In this document: piece after piece, positions 26,715-40,673 of the stretch
Layout: every line of letters begins with the position of its first letter
Position numbering within the stretch: position 1 is the stretch's first letter
Assembly: GCF_006345805.1 (NCBI RefSeq)
Contig: NC_043011.1
Coordinates: 39,506,464 to 39,570,463 of the forward strand
Source: Octopus sinensis
Lineage: Eukaryota
Length of the DNA stretch: 64,000 bases
Direction of reading: 5' to 3'
Position numbers and translations under genes: made by a program
Notes under the pieces: model-generated
Seen by the model: the letters and a program-made list of their open reading frames with translations, nothing else
Told to the model about the DNA's origin: nothing
Databases searched by the model: none

Positions 26715-27012
26715 ATATTGTTATATTTCGGAATGGTCATATTGCCAGTTTAGCCATAGAGATATAAGCATGCGCAAATGAAGACATACAATAGAAATAC
26801 AAAATGGCTGACGGTTAGTAAGGAGAGACACAAATAAGTGAGAAGAAAACAAAGGACCACTGATGCGGTCACAGGAGTGTGACGAAAGAGCTTTGGCCGA
26901 AATAAGATTAAGATTAATGTAAAAAATAAATATCACTGAAGCAAAATAACACCAAATATATAGTGCGTGTGTTTTTATTGGCTAAACTGGCAATATGACC
27001 ATTCCGAAATAT

Positions 27013-27020
<8 letters not shown>
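26715..27020 (+). mobile_element. Penelope-like remnant: 42-bp inverted repeats around a hammerhead motif (26855-26898)
   Basis: GACCA-CTGATGC-G-GTCACA ggag TGTGAC-GAAA-GAGC-TT-TGGCC; IR 26715-26756/26979-27020. Confidence 0.7.
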
Positions 27021-27056
<36 letters not shown>

Positions 27057-27243
27057 AATCTCTGAATGAGGTATATGCGATGTATATTTGCCACTTAAAT
27101 GTGGCTAACCACTAAGAGTGGATGCGACTGTAGCTTGTAGCCCCAAGAGAACATCTTCTCCAGCTGGCTATTGACACACTTTTTGTGCCCTATCAGTATT
27201 TGCAAAGGGAAGCCATCCTTCCCATCGTCGACATGACGTGATA

Positions 27244-27288
27244 CACACAGACCTGGGTTTCTGGATTTTTAACCGTCGTCAGCGCATG
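27244..27288 (-). ncRNA. Type I hammerhead-like motif in element about 27055-27410
   Basis: minus strand CATGCG-CTGACGA-cggttaaaaatcca-GAAA-CCCAGG-TC-TGTGTG. Confidence 0.65.
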
Positions 27289-27960
27289 ACAATCACCAGT
27301 CTTCGATGCGAAGGGGTCACAACACTAGGTAAATGCTGTAACGGATTACTAAGGCTCCAAAGTTGTAGCCAAGATAGTAGTTATGGAGCCATTGCAGATT
27401 TCCGATATAACAGATATATAATTGTTTTTGTTTACCAAAACCACACACAACATTTTTGTCAGCACAGGGCTATAGTGGAAGACACTTGCCCAAGGTGCCA
27501 TGCAGTAGGACTGAACCCAGAACCTTGTGGTTGAGAAACAACCATCTTACCACACAGCCATGCCTCTTTAATAGTTATTATGAAACACAACAATTTTGCT
27601 TCACCAATGATCTACCTGGTTGGTTCTTCTTCTCAGTCATTTCTTCAACATTAATACAGCGAAATCCAATTTATCTGGTCAGTATGAAAGGGAAGCATCT
27701 GTCTACACCAAATCGGATTTCTGTGAATCTCTAATGAATTCAGGAGATGATAATATCAATGAGAAAACATGCTGACATTAAATAAAACGAGACGAATATA
27801 TTTGCTTCAATTTCCGTCAGATTTCAATTACATTCTTTTATATCTATCATTTTTACTCTCAATGAATCTGGATCTACTCAACTCCAGACATGTTTTCCTT
27901 CTAAATATGACTCTGACAACACATATATATATAAATTGGGTATGTATATATATGTATATA

Positions 27961-28025
<65 letters not shown>

Positions 28026-28793
28026 ATGTATGTATGTATGTATGTATGTATGTATGTATGTATGTATATATGTTACTCTCGTAACTTCCCATTCTCCATT
28101 CCTTGTTCGTCTGAGGTTTTATGAACCATCGGTGGAAACTCAAAGTAACAAGTAATCCTACATGTAGTATAGTCATTCTATCCACTAGAAACAATAGCCA
28201 AATCTCCCTCAAATTACACCCTACTATCTCTGTCTTAAATAAGAAAGGGCCACATTAGATAATGTAGTCCTACTTACTGCATAGAAAATTAAGTGGTCAT
28301 GGTTGGAAAGACTTTGTTGAACTAGAGCTAAACAACAAAAAAAGCAACTTAAGAGATCATGGTTCAATGCTAACGCCTCAATGCAGTAGCTAAATCTTCC
28401 TGAAATAGCTATCAAATCTCCCTCAAAATCACATACTCTTGTCTTAAATACTGATGTCTCTATAAAGTAGCTAAATCTTCCTGAAATAGCAACCGTAATC
28501 CTGTCTTAAATGAAGGCCATTTGGCAGTTTTCCCAAGGAGTCATTTCTCATTTACTTTCTTAATGCCATGAAATTGGGGTTAAATCCTGGCGAAGAAAAA
28601 AACTTCTTATGGTTTAGGAAGCATTTACAGTTTATATAAATATCTAAGAATGATTCAATTATTGAACAAATGAAAATTTGATCCCTGGATCAACTGTGGC
28701 TTGAGGCTTATCAGATATGGCAAAATGAAAGACAAAGAAAAATATCAGGTCACAAGCATTTAAGAATGATATATTAATATAGAGGTTCCTTAC

Positions 28794-28905
28794 TGTTTTT
28801 TAAATCCTTGGTGCACAACTTATGAGGCTTTTGATTAAGCACTTTTGAAACAGCATGAACAGTATTCATTTGAGCAGGAAACTGATAGCCATTATATTCT
28901 ATTTC
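28794..28905 (-). CDS. CFAP221: CFAP221 internal exon E (EIEYNGYQFPAQMNTVHAVSKVLNQKPHKLCTKDLKN)
   Basis: long pyrimidine tract then ttttatcaaag acceptor, gtaagg donor, 112 nt, phase 0 to 1; EIEY..FP....AV..VLNQ.P.KL motif. Confidence 0.9.
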
Positions 28906-29948
28906 CTTTGATAAAATGTTCCAAGAGAGAAAATATGAAGAAAATATTTTAGAACAAATGCAAAAAGAAAAAAAAATGAAAGCTTACAAAAGCTTCTTGT
29001 TTAGGCATATTATCATCATCATCATCTTCATTTAACATTCCTTTTCCATGCTGGCATGGTTTGGATGGTTTGACAGGAGCTGGCAAGCCAGAAGATTGCA
29101 CCAAGCTCTATTGTCAGCTTTAGCGTGGTTTTTATGACTGGGTACCCCTCTTAATGCCAACCACTTTACAGAGTGTATTAGGTACTTTTCATGTGGCACC
29201 AGCACTGGTAGGGTCACCAAGTAACTCGCCAAATGACGAACCCTCAACTGGGAGGAAGAGCAATATTAAGGGAAGTTACTTTGTGTCAGGTGATGAGAAG
29301 TTAAAAAAAAAAATAGAGGGATAGAGGTAGGTGTCTTGCTGAAGAGGAGATTATGTGGGTAGCCCTGTTGGATAAAAGAGATAGAGAAAGAGAGAGAGAG
29401 ACAGGCAGACAAAGTCAGATGGACAAACAGAGACAGGGAGTTAGAGAGAAAGACAGAAAGACAGAGAGAGAATTAGAAAGACAAATAGAAAGACAGAGAG
29501 TTAGAAAGGTGGTGGTCGTCGTCGTCGTTGTCGTCGCGGTGGTTGGTGGTGGTGTAGAGAGTTGGAGGGGTGGGTGGAGTGGAGGGCTGGGTGGGGTGGA
29601 GGGGTAGAAGTGGAGGTGGTGGGGTGGAGGGGTTGGTGGTGGTTGTGATTGTGGCGATGGTAGTTGTGGTGGCAATGATGATTGTGGCAGTGTTTACAAT
29701 GTTGTTTAACCCCCAGGCCACCACTGATCATGCAGAGGCATTACAGCCGTAAAAATTCTGTGGGGGGCTTAACTTCTTTTATAGCTGATAGAATGTATTT
29801 TGGAATATATCATCGAATGTCTGCTTTTATTAAAAAAAAAAAAATCTGTCACAAATTAGCTATTATTTTTAGCTCTGAAACTATGTTTTGCACCTCTGTT
29901 TGTATTTCTTTGATTCGTTAGCAATTTTCCTTAAATGAAAGGACTTAC

Positions 29949-30075
29949 TTTAGGGGCTTTCTCCACAGACTTTTCAGATTTGTTCTTTCTGATTCTCGAC
30001 CGATCAAGAGGAGCAACACTGTGAGGGTCAAGAATGGCTGGGTGCTCTTCATTAAACTTCTTCAATGCCTTTTCC
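29949..30075 (-). CDS. CFAP221: CFAP221 internal exon D (EKALKKFNEEHPAILDPHSVAPLDRSRIRKNKSEKSVEKAPK)
   Basis: atttcttag acceptor, gtaagt donor, 127 nt, phase 2 to 0, open frame compatible with both neighbours. Confidence 0.85.
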
Positions 30076-30464
30076 CTAAGAAATTATATAATAATAAATT
30101 GTATGTGTATATATATATTCACACACAGACATACATACACACATGCACACACTCATATAAATATGTATGTATATTTATAAGTAAAACATAACATGAGAAA
30201 TTGTTTATAAGATATTTTATTTCACAGTCTTACGTAGGTTTCATTAGCGTAAGGTCATTATTGGTAACATAATGCAAATTACATAATCAAGATGTATTGT
30301 CAAGCCATCAGAGAAGTGTAACATTTTTTATATGTATCAAATTTTGACGTGGAAAAAAATTCACAATTCTTCAAGTGCTCCAGTATGAGATGTTGGTAAC
30401 TATGTTGTCCATTTTGGATAGGATAACTGATCTAAAATGGATGTGTTTACCAACCCCTATATCC

Positions 30465-31700
30465 ATCACAACTGCCACAGACATCACAATAACCTCCACT
30501 AGAACAACTACCCTCACCACCAACATTATAACTACTAACCACAATAACCACAACTACAATCAACCACCAACTACAATAACCACAACCACGACCACCATCA
30601 TAACAACAACAATCTGTACTACCACTGTCATAACTATCACGATCAATAATCAGTAACACTACCATCATCGTCATCACCATCTACAATGAAAATCCCTGAC
30701 GCCATCACCACCACCATTGTAGTCAACCCTACCACTACCACCACCATCACAATCAGCACAACTCCATCACCACCACCATCACCACCACAACTACAATTAC
30801 CACCAACTTATTGTCTATCACCACCATCACCAACAACAACTACATCAAGTACAACTGCAACTACAACCAGTCTCCACTACCTCTGTAACCACTACTGCTA
30901 CCACCACCACCACCACCACCACCACTACCATCAACACCATAACCACTGCTATCATCTATACCACCATCACCACCACAGCCATCACCTATGCAGTTACTAC
31001 CACAACCATCACCAACACAACCACCACTACCACCACCATCACCAACAACAACACCTACCATCACTGCCACTATCCTGAGCATGACGGAAAACATCACTGC
31101 CAACCACGACCATCACTTCCGCAGCCAACACCAATATTGCCACCATCACAACCAACACCAACACCACTACCACCCCCACTGCTGCTACCCCCCACCACAA
31201 CCACTACCACCCACTGCTACCACTACCACCCTTGCCACCATCACAAGCTCTACTATGACATACATCGTGACCACAACCATAACTTCCACATCTACCATTG
31301 CCACCATCACCATCACTACAACCAACACCATCATCATCACTACTATTGCCAACATGACCATCACTTCCACAACCACCAACCATTATTATCATGACCACCA
31401 TCATCATCATAACAAACCTATTACCATCAGCTGCCATCACCACCACAAGCATCACCATAACAAATACCTCCAAAGCCATCGCCATTATCACCACCATCAC
31501 CACCACCACCACCACCGCCGCCATCATTAATGACCATCATCATGGCCACCACCAGCACCACCACAATAATCAGCAACATGACCATCCTTTCCACAATCCC
31601 CAACCATCCTCAACCGCCAGCATCACCACAACCAAGACCAGGACCACCACCATCACACCTACCACAACCACCACCGCCACCGCCGCCGCCACCACCGCCA
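30465..31700. repeat. Degenerate (CAC/CAT/CAA)n low-complexity tract
   Basis: direct inspection. Confidence 0.9.
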
Positions 31701-32309
31701 CCTGTGTACGGCAAGCACCTGTAAATCAATTCTAATTGTCAGTGACTGCAATCACATGTTACAACACATGTCGAAGTTTCAAGTCAAGACTCCCGAGTTT
31801 TCCACCGAAAGTTGTCAACGGTGGCGAACAAGATGGCCGACCTTTAGCCGTATTTAATGAGAGAAAGAGAAAGAGAGAGAGAGAAAGAGTGAGAGGGTGA
31901 GAGAGGGGACGAGCAGGAATCGATAAATCACTTTCACGAGGAAATATTTCCGATACCGTTTTTAGAGTTTATGCCTTGCACATTAAACGATGACACCTCA
32001 CATGCTGCTGTGGTGGAATTGAGAGTATTGTGGGGTGGATAGATGGCGGGGTTGGCCAGGAAGGAAGAGGAGGGAATGGGTGGCAGATTATTAGAGCTGC
32101 TGCACAAAGCCAGGGAAATAGATTCTTTTCCTTTTTTTTTCTTCTTGAAAGGAAATGATCCATTAACAAACATTTATAAATCATCTCATTTTGTCTTTTT
32201 TTTTTGTGGGGAGAGATATTTTTTTTCTGTACCACCATACCACCCCCTCAACCACAACAACCAAATTTGAGAATTTTTATCAGTTTTTTCCCAGGCTGCT
32301 TTTTCAATG

Positions 32310-32730
32310 TCATGATGATGATGATGATGATGACGACAAAGATGATGATAATGAAGAAGACAATGCTAATGATGATAATGATGATGATGTCAATGATGGT
32401 GATGTCGGTGATAATGATTATGATGATGGTGATGAAGATGATGATGATGGTGATGATGATCATGATGATAGTGATGATGACAATGATGATGATGAGGATG
32501 GTTATGATGACTATGACAATGATGATGACGATGATGATAAATGACATGATGATGATGACGATGATGACGATGATGATGATGACGATGATGACGATGATGA
32601 TGATCATCGTCATGGGGTTGGCTATGATGATGACAATGGTAATGATGATGACACTGATGATGATGACAACAAAGATGATGACGATGACGACGACAATGAC
32701 AATGATGGCAATGATGATGACAATGATAAT
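32310..32730. repeat. Degenerate (ATG)n tract
   Basis: direct inspection. Confidence 0.9.
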
Positions 32731-33481
32731 TCTGCGAAATGCAGTTTTGTTGTTGTTATTGTTCTATGTATGTACTTCAATGTATTGTTTTTTTTTTAGC
32801 TTTGTTGTTTTTTTTATTGTTTTTTTTTTGCTGTTGTGAGGGTCTGATTATGTTGGATATTTTTGTTATTTTTGATAATTGTTTTTGCTATTTTTCTGTT
32901 TAAATTGTTTTGTTTTATTCTGTTTTTTTTTTTTGTCACTGTTATAATGATTGCATAAAATATCTGCTTGCTTTTTTTTCCTCGTATTTTAAGTTTTTAA
33001 TTTTCTAAAAATTACATTGGAGCTGTTTTATTTTGCATTTACAGTTTAACTGTTGGTGTTGTGGTCATCGTTGATTAAGATGACAATGGTTGTTGTAGTG
33101 ATGACAACAATGATGATGACGATGGCAGTGTGGTGGCAGTGATGAGCGGTAGGAGAAGCAGGAGAAGGAAGTGGATGCTATTAATGATAACGATGACGGT
33201 GATGCTAATGATTGTGAAGAGAGCAACAAGGATGAGAGTGATGGCTAGTGATCATGATAACGGTGGTGTTGGTGGTAGTGGTCATCATCGTGGTCGTCAT
33301 GGTCATGGTTGTGGTCATGGTCATCATCGTAGTAGTCATGGTGGTGGTGAGGGCAGTGGTACTGGCAGCAGTGATGATGATCATCATCATGATCATGATC
33401 ATGATAATGAAGGTGGTGATGGTGGTGATGAGGATGATGATTAGACACCAACACACACACACACACAAACATACACACACA

Positions 33482-33516
<35 letters not shown>

Positions 33517-34046
33517 TCAAACATGAACCCTACCACGCACACACAAATACATATACATGCACATTTACGATGGGCTTATTTCAGTTTCCCTCAACCAATT
33601 CCACTCACAAGATTTTAGTTGGCCTCAGTCAAGAGAACAAGACACTTGCCCAAGGTGCCATGCAGTGGGACCAAACATAAAACCAAGTGGTTTAGCAGTG
33701 AACTTCTCAACCACACTCCAAGGATTCCTGCTCCAAGAATTCAAAGAATGTATTGGTAAATATTGGTTTCAAACTTTGGCACAAGACCAGCAATGTCAAA
33801 GGAGAGGATAAGTTGATTATATCGACCCCAGTGTTCAACTGGTATTTATTTTATCGATTTCAAAAGAATGAAAGGTAAAGTCGATTCCAGTGGCATTTGA
33901 ATGCAGAACATACAGTCAGTTGGAATGCTGCTAAGCAATTTTACTGGCACCATAATAATTCTACCAGCTTGCCATCTCAATATTGGAAAATGTTGATTTC
34001 TAATTATCTAATTTCACATCAATAAATATGAAATATAAATATCATA

Positions 34047-34483
34047 GGCGTAGGAGTGACTGTGTTGTAAGTAGCTTGCTTACGAACCACATGGTTCCGG
34101 GTTCAGTCCCACTGCATGGCACCCTGGGCAAATGTCTTCAACTATAGCCTTGGGCCAACCAAACCCTTGTGAGTGGATTTGGTAGATGGAAACTGAAAGA
34201 AGCCCATCGTATATATATATATATATATAGATATAGATATACATATATATGTATATGTATGTGTGTGTATATGTTTGTGTGTCTGTGTTTGTCGCCCCAA
34301 CGTCGCTTGACAATAGATGCTGGTGTGTTTATGAACCTGTAACCTAGTGATACAGCAAAAGAGACTGCTAGAATAAGTACTAAGCTTACAAAGAATAAGT
34401 CCTGGGGTCAATTTGCTCGACTAAAGGTGGTGCTCCAGCATGGCCACAGTCAAATGACTGAAACAAGTAAAAGAATAAAAGAG
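34047..34483 (+). mobile_element. Full-length family B SINE
   Basis: matches 3812-4232. Confidence 0.85.
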
Positions 34484-34553
34484 TAACATACTGTGGAAAG
34501 GGACAGGGAAATTGTTGTATAGTGAAACTCTATACCCCGCCTGGTAAAAAAGG

Positions 34554-34592
<39 letters not shown>

Positions 34593-34753
34593 ATCGCCAT
34601 ATTAATATGGCAGTCTTATAGATATAAGACTAAAAGCTGTCGCTGATTAGCTCCATGAGGCCATCGCCTTAAGATAGCTATTTGACACACAAACTGTGTC
34701 CATTATAACCTTCGAACAAGGAAGGTCAGCCGCTTCACACTGCCAGTCAGACA

Positions 34754-34796
34754 GCTACAGACGCGTTTCAGGGTATTTGCCCTTTGTCAATGTAGC
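34754..34796 (-). ncRNA. Type I hammerhead-like motif, core decayed
   Basis: minus strand GCTACA-TTGACAA-AGGG caaata CCCT-GAAA-CGCG-TC-TGTAGC; perfect stems I and II. Confidence 0.7.
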
Positions 34797-35085
34797 GTAG
34801 TATTTCGGATATATATATATAGAGACATGTACGGTGGTGGGGCGATATATATATATATATATATATATCCGAAATACTAAATTTCTAAATCTCTCGTAGA
34901 GACATGTACGGTGGTGGGGCGATAGAATGGTTGTATACTGTCAATCTAACACGAACGTGACAGTAGGGGGGTTCACCACCGCTGTTTAGCCCATCGACGC
35001 CTCCTGATGGCTTTGACACATTTTTCCTGTGTCCTTATATACATTTACGAAGGGGAGACAAATACCCCCAGCCGCCCGGGCTGCA

Positions 35086-35130
35086 TCTAGGGACACGTGT
35101 TTCAAGATGATTGTCCTTCGTCGCCCTAGA
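35086..35130 (-). ncRNA. Type I hammerhead-like motif, core decayed
   Basis: minus strand TCTAGG-GCGACGA-AGGA caatca TCTT-GAAA-CACGTG-TC-CCTAGA. Confidence 0.65.
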
Positions 35131-36422
35131 GTAGCAGATACCGGTCAGCTGACGATATTTGTCTCGACTCATAATGTATATATCTAAATTTCATATATAT
35201 ATACATATACATATATATATACATATATATCGCCATGATAGATCATTAGCCACGACACACATTTTTTTTCTCTACTTGTTTTTTCTGTGTACCTTTCTGT
35301 AGAAGAACGTAGGCTCGAAACGTAAAAGACATTTTCTGTTCCTGAGCGTTATACTAATACATCTGTTTGTTTTGTACACCACCTGTCTTCGTCTTTTGTT
35401 TTTTTCGTAAACTTTCCCTATATATATATATATGTATAGAGAGAGAAACAGAGACAGGCAGACAGACAGATACACATACTCACACATATTATATTGATGT
35501 TATAAATTATAAGAATTTTTATCTTTTATACTTATGTATTTCTTTTTCTTCTCTCTTTTTCTCATTTTTCTTAACATCATTCTATTTATTATCAGCTCAT
35601 TAATTGCATTTAAAACTAACAAAAATCATGAAAAAAATTTCACTTATATATACATATATCTAAGCAATGACCTTTTCCAAATGTCTTGAAGAAGAGACCT
35701 TCAACCCGAAGTATAGAAATACAAAGTAAAAAACTGCAGCTTTGATCTGTTTATTTTTTTTCTTTTTGTAGTTTACTTTGTACCATTTCACATTGTACCG
35801 GCTTTATACAACTATATTCTTTAAAGTTATACCTCACAATGCTTCACCAAAACTACCTCGTGTGTTTGTGTATGCATTACCTAACAAATCCGTATCAAAG
35901 ATGCTAAGGTATGATTTGAGGGAAACTTAGCTGTTATTTCTAGTACACTGTGCAACCACTTAGAGGTTCTCTCTTTGACACCTTATTTTTTATTGTTCTC
36001 ACTATTATTTATATTACTGACATTATTTGGTTTGTTAAGCAGAAGATTATTTTTCCTGATATCACTGATCTTGTTGCATTGCTGATGTTATTGTTGTGGA
36101 CGTCACCTTGTTTTTGTTGTCTTTTTAATTTTTTTTTTGTTGTTTTCTTGTGGTGTTTCTTTTTTGCTTGTTTGTTTTTCACTGTTGTCATGGGTTTTTT
36201 TTAATTTTTTTTTTTTTTTTACATATTTTATCCTTGTTGTTTGCTGGTAAATGATGCAATTTCCTTGTTCAAGAACAAAATTAACACAGTCCAAATTTTA
36301 TTAATCACTCAATTTCTGTTCGGAAAATACAATTTCGAGAGTCTGATGTAGTTTCAGCTAAATAAAAGTGTTTTCTAATGTAATTAAGTTGCAACAACAA
36401 CAACAACAGCAGCAACTACTAT

Positions 36423-36476
<54 letters not shown>

Positions 36477-36883
36477 ATTTGCAGTTGTTGCTGCTTCTAC
36501 AGCAACTACTACAGATTTTACTATACGGGACACACTAAAACTGGTTCATTGCTGCTAACGTTATACTCTCGTGTCTGTCTAACTATGTATGTATGTGTGT
36601 ATGTATGCATGTATGTATGTATGTATCTATCTATCTATCTATCTCTCTTTTTGTCTATCTTTCTATCTCTTGCACTCTCTGTCTCTCTATGTTTCTATCT
36701 GTTGAACTATCAATCTATCTATCTATCTATTTATCTAAATTTAAATAATAAGGGTGAAAAAATATTATTTTGATTAATATCAATTTAAAACCAGTGGCCT
36801 AGCATATCGAAAAATCTGAAGATTTTCTATTTATCTATCTAGCTCTCGATCTGTCTATCTTTCTAGCTGTCAAAATCTCTCTT

Positions 36884-36914
<31 letters not shown>

Positions 36915-37365
36915 TTATCTGCCTATCTATTTATCTATCTATCTATCTATTTATCTATCTGACTATCTTTCTATCTGTCAAACTATCTGTCTATCTATCT
37001 ATTTATCTATCTATATATCTATCTATTTGTCAATCTACCTATCTGTGTATGTGCCTGTGTGTGTGTGTGTATGTGTGCTTGCATGCACGCATATATGGCC
37101 ATGTGGCATGCTTCACAACCTTGTGGTACAGGGTCCAATCCTAAGGCACAGAACTTTAAAGAAGTGTCTTCTGCAGCTTCAGATCAACCAATAATTTGTG
37201 AGTGGAACATAGTAGATGGAAACTGTTTGGAAACCCACTGTGTGTGTGTGTGCATATGTATGTATATATATATATATATATACAGTCTTTGGACTAAATT
37301 TTTACACGCTAGGCCATTGGAAGTGAAAATTTCTATTAATTTCTATTTCCCTTCGATATGATTAA

Positions 37366-37405
<40 letters not shown>

Positions 37406-38053
37406 ATGTATACACACACACACATCACAAAGAAGAATGGCTAATTATACATCCTCAAGATTTGTCTATTATAGTAATATTCTCATTAAATTCATATTAA
37501 ACTGACTCTACCATAATAATGTACACCTGTTTGGCAAACAATAAGAGTCCAAAGAATCAAACTTGATTTAATGTGAATTTAATGACAATAATATTGTAAT
37601 AAACAAATTCTGAAGATGTATAATTCTCCACTCTTCATTATGATGTCTTAATTATATATACTATGGAAACTGTATGGAATCTAATAAAGCAAAGTCAGGA
37701 TTTACCTCTCAAGTGAAGTACCATGCATTTGTTTATTTTGAAGAATTCTATATGTTTCCTATCATTCAATGTGGTTAGTCAGATTTGGATTATATCTGAG
37801 TGCTGATAGGGTCCAAATCCTTATTCTTTTACGTTCTTCTTCATCATCATATTTATCATCATCATCATCATCATCATCAACATCATCATTATCATCATCA
37901 TCATTTGTAGTTCATTTTCCATGCTGGCATGGGTTAGATGGTTTGACTGGAACTGGTAAGTCAGAGAGGTGTACCAGTCTCAGTCTAATTTTGACTTAGT
38001 TTCTACAGCTGGATGCCCTTCCTAATGCCAACCACTCCGAGAGTGCAGTTGGT

Positions 38054-38105
<52 letters not shown>

Positions 38106-39538
38106 ACCCACTATACTCTTGGAATGGTTGGTGTCAGGAAGGACATCCATGCAGAAACCATGCCAAATTAGACTGGAACCAGTTCTAGTCGAACAGTCTA
38201 ACCCATGCATCTTATACGCATTTCATTAACAATGAAAAGTATCAGTTATGAAAGGATGATCACATAAGCTGATTGCATTGTCAAATCTTCAGAGCATGTG
38301 TTCTCTGAATAGTAACACTTTATTATTCCTAATGTATTTGCAATGAAGTTTCAGTGTTGACTATTACAACAAAAATTCTATTTAAAAAGTTAAGGACTTA
38401 GCTTTTAATTGCATTTCTTAACAGAGTAAGTCTGCACCTACAGCTAACAGGTTTCAGAGATCCAAGCATGATATCCTTATGAGGTATCATTCCTGTAGAC
38501 TGTTAGGCTAGTATACATACACACATATTTATAAACACACAAACACACACACACACACACACACATATCAAGTGTGTAAATACCTGTAATATACGCAAGT
38601 AAGTATACTAACATATCTACATGCACACATACACATGCACACACACACACATACACACACACATACACACATGCTCACATATACAATTACATATTTACAT
38701 ACATATACACATATGCACACAGACAAAGCAATGACAGGTGACCAGGAGCTTTGGCGATATGCTGTGCCCGAGAAGACTTGTCAAGACAAGTGAAATCACA
38801 GTCATGGCCAATGCTGGTGTCATGTAACCAGCACCTGTACTGGTGGCACATAAAAAGCACCTTTTGAGTGTTGGGCCTCAGGGAAGCAATGACGAATGAC
38901 CAAGAGCTTTGGCATTATGTTGTGCTTAAGAAGAGCCATCAAGCCAAATAAAACCACAGTTGTGGCGGATACTGGTGTCATGGAAATGGCACTCATGCTG
39001 GTGGCACATAAAAGCATCCATTACACTCTTGGAGTAGTTGGCGTTAGGAAGACCGTCCAGCTGTTGAAACCACGCCAAATCATACTGGTGTCTAATACAG
39101 CCTTCCAGCTTGCCAGCCCTGGTCAAACCGTCCAACTATACTAAGGGTTTGTGTATCTGTGGAATTCTCAGTCACTTGCATGTTAATTTCATGAGCAGCT
39201 TGTTCCATTGACCAGATTAATTGGAATCTTCGTTGTTGTAACTGGCAGATTGCTAGTTTATATGTGTGTGTGTGTGTGTGTGCATAGATAGATTGATAGA
39301 AAGATAGATACATAGATAGATACATACATACATACATACATATATATATAGGCGCAGGAGTGGGTGTGTGGTAAGTAGCTTGCTTACCAACCACATGGTT
39401 CCAGGTTCGGTCCCACTGCATGACACTTTGGGCAAGTGTTTTCTACTATAGCCTTGGGCCAACCAAACTGAAAAGAAGCCCATCGTATATATGTATATGT
39501 ATATATATATATAGTATACGTGTGTGTCTATGTATATA

Positions 39539-39915
39539 CACTACCGTCAGAAATTAATTAGCACCCTTGATTTGCTCTTCACTCAAGGTATGTGCTGTCA
39601 CCTAGTGGCCATATCTCGAACTATTGCTTTGTTGCGAGTTCACTGTTGCGCAGAACGATGACGTAACTTTGTTTGCAGAGCAGTTTGAGAGTCTACAGCC
39701 TTATGATGTTGACATAGCAGTGCAACAACTTGGAGTGCGGATGCAGACAAATCTTCCTTTGTTTAATAGATATAGGTAGCGCCTCGCAAGGACCGAAATC
39801 ACACCATACTAAGTTTTCTCATCGCGTAAGACGTTTTGAACAGCTCATAGGTTAATTGATTTAACCTATTTAATGTAGAAATTTGAGAAGTGCTAATTAA
39901 TTTCTGACGCAAGTG
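39539..39915. mobile_element. Tc1/mariner-type MITE
   Basis: 26-bp TIRs CACT..CGTCAGAAATTAATTAGCAC (2 mismatches), TA on both sides, no ORF. Confidence 0.85.
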
Positions 39916-40166
39916 TATGTATGGATGGATGGATGGATGGATGGATAAACACATGCACACACACTCTCCCTCTCTCCATATCTGTGTGTGTGTGTGTGTG
40001 TGCATGCATGTGCATGAGTTTGGAGGGATATAGTATCTGTTCCAGGTTACAGTTAACCGCATTGATTAGCATTTAACATCTATGACTACTATTAGTTGTC
40101 ACTCATAAATTTTGAAGATGAACAAGGATCCATATTTTATCTCATTATAATCATTGCTCACATATA

Positions 40167-40205
<39 letters not shown>

Positions 40206-40218
40206 TCATCATCATCAT

Positions 40219-40570
40219 CGTTTAGCGTCCGCTTTCCATGCTAGCATGGGTTGGACGGTTCAACTGGGGTGTGGGAAGGAAGAAGGCTGCACCAGGCCCA
40301 GTCTGATCTGGCAATGTTTCTATGGCTGGATGCCCTTCCTAACGCCAACCACTCCGTGAGTGTAGTGGGTGCTTTTTACATGCCACCGGCACAGGGGCCA
40401 GACGAGGCTGGCAAACGGCCACGATCGGATGGTGCTTTTTATGTGCCACTGGCACGGGGGCCAGGTGAGGCTGGCAATGGCCAAGAACGGATGGTGCTTT
40501 TTATGTGCCACCGGCACGAGGCCATTCGGGGCGGCGCTGGCAACGGCCACGTTCGGATGGTTCTCTTACG
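40219..40570 (-). mobile_element. Young RTE family D 3'UTR with about 60-bp internal tandem repeats
   Basis: three gtgctttttatgtgccaccggcac.. units, CpG retained, (ATG)n tail. Confidence 0.75.
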
Positions 40571-40585
40571 TATATATATAAATAC

Positions 40586-40634
<49 letters not shown>

Positions 40635-40673
40635 ATATATACATATATATATGTGTATGTATATATATATATA

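Noticed and set aside
28556-28586. Apparent 31-nt exon with good AG/GT on minus strand
   Set aside because: Not needed: exons E and F join in phase directly, and its inclusion would shift the frame
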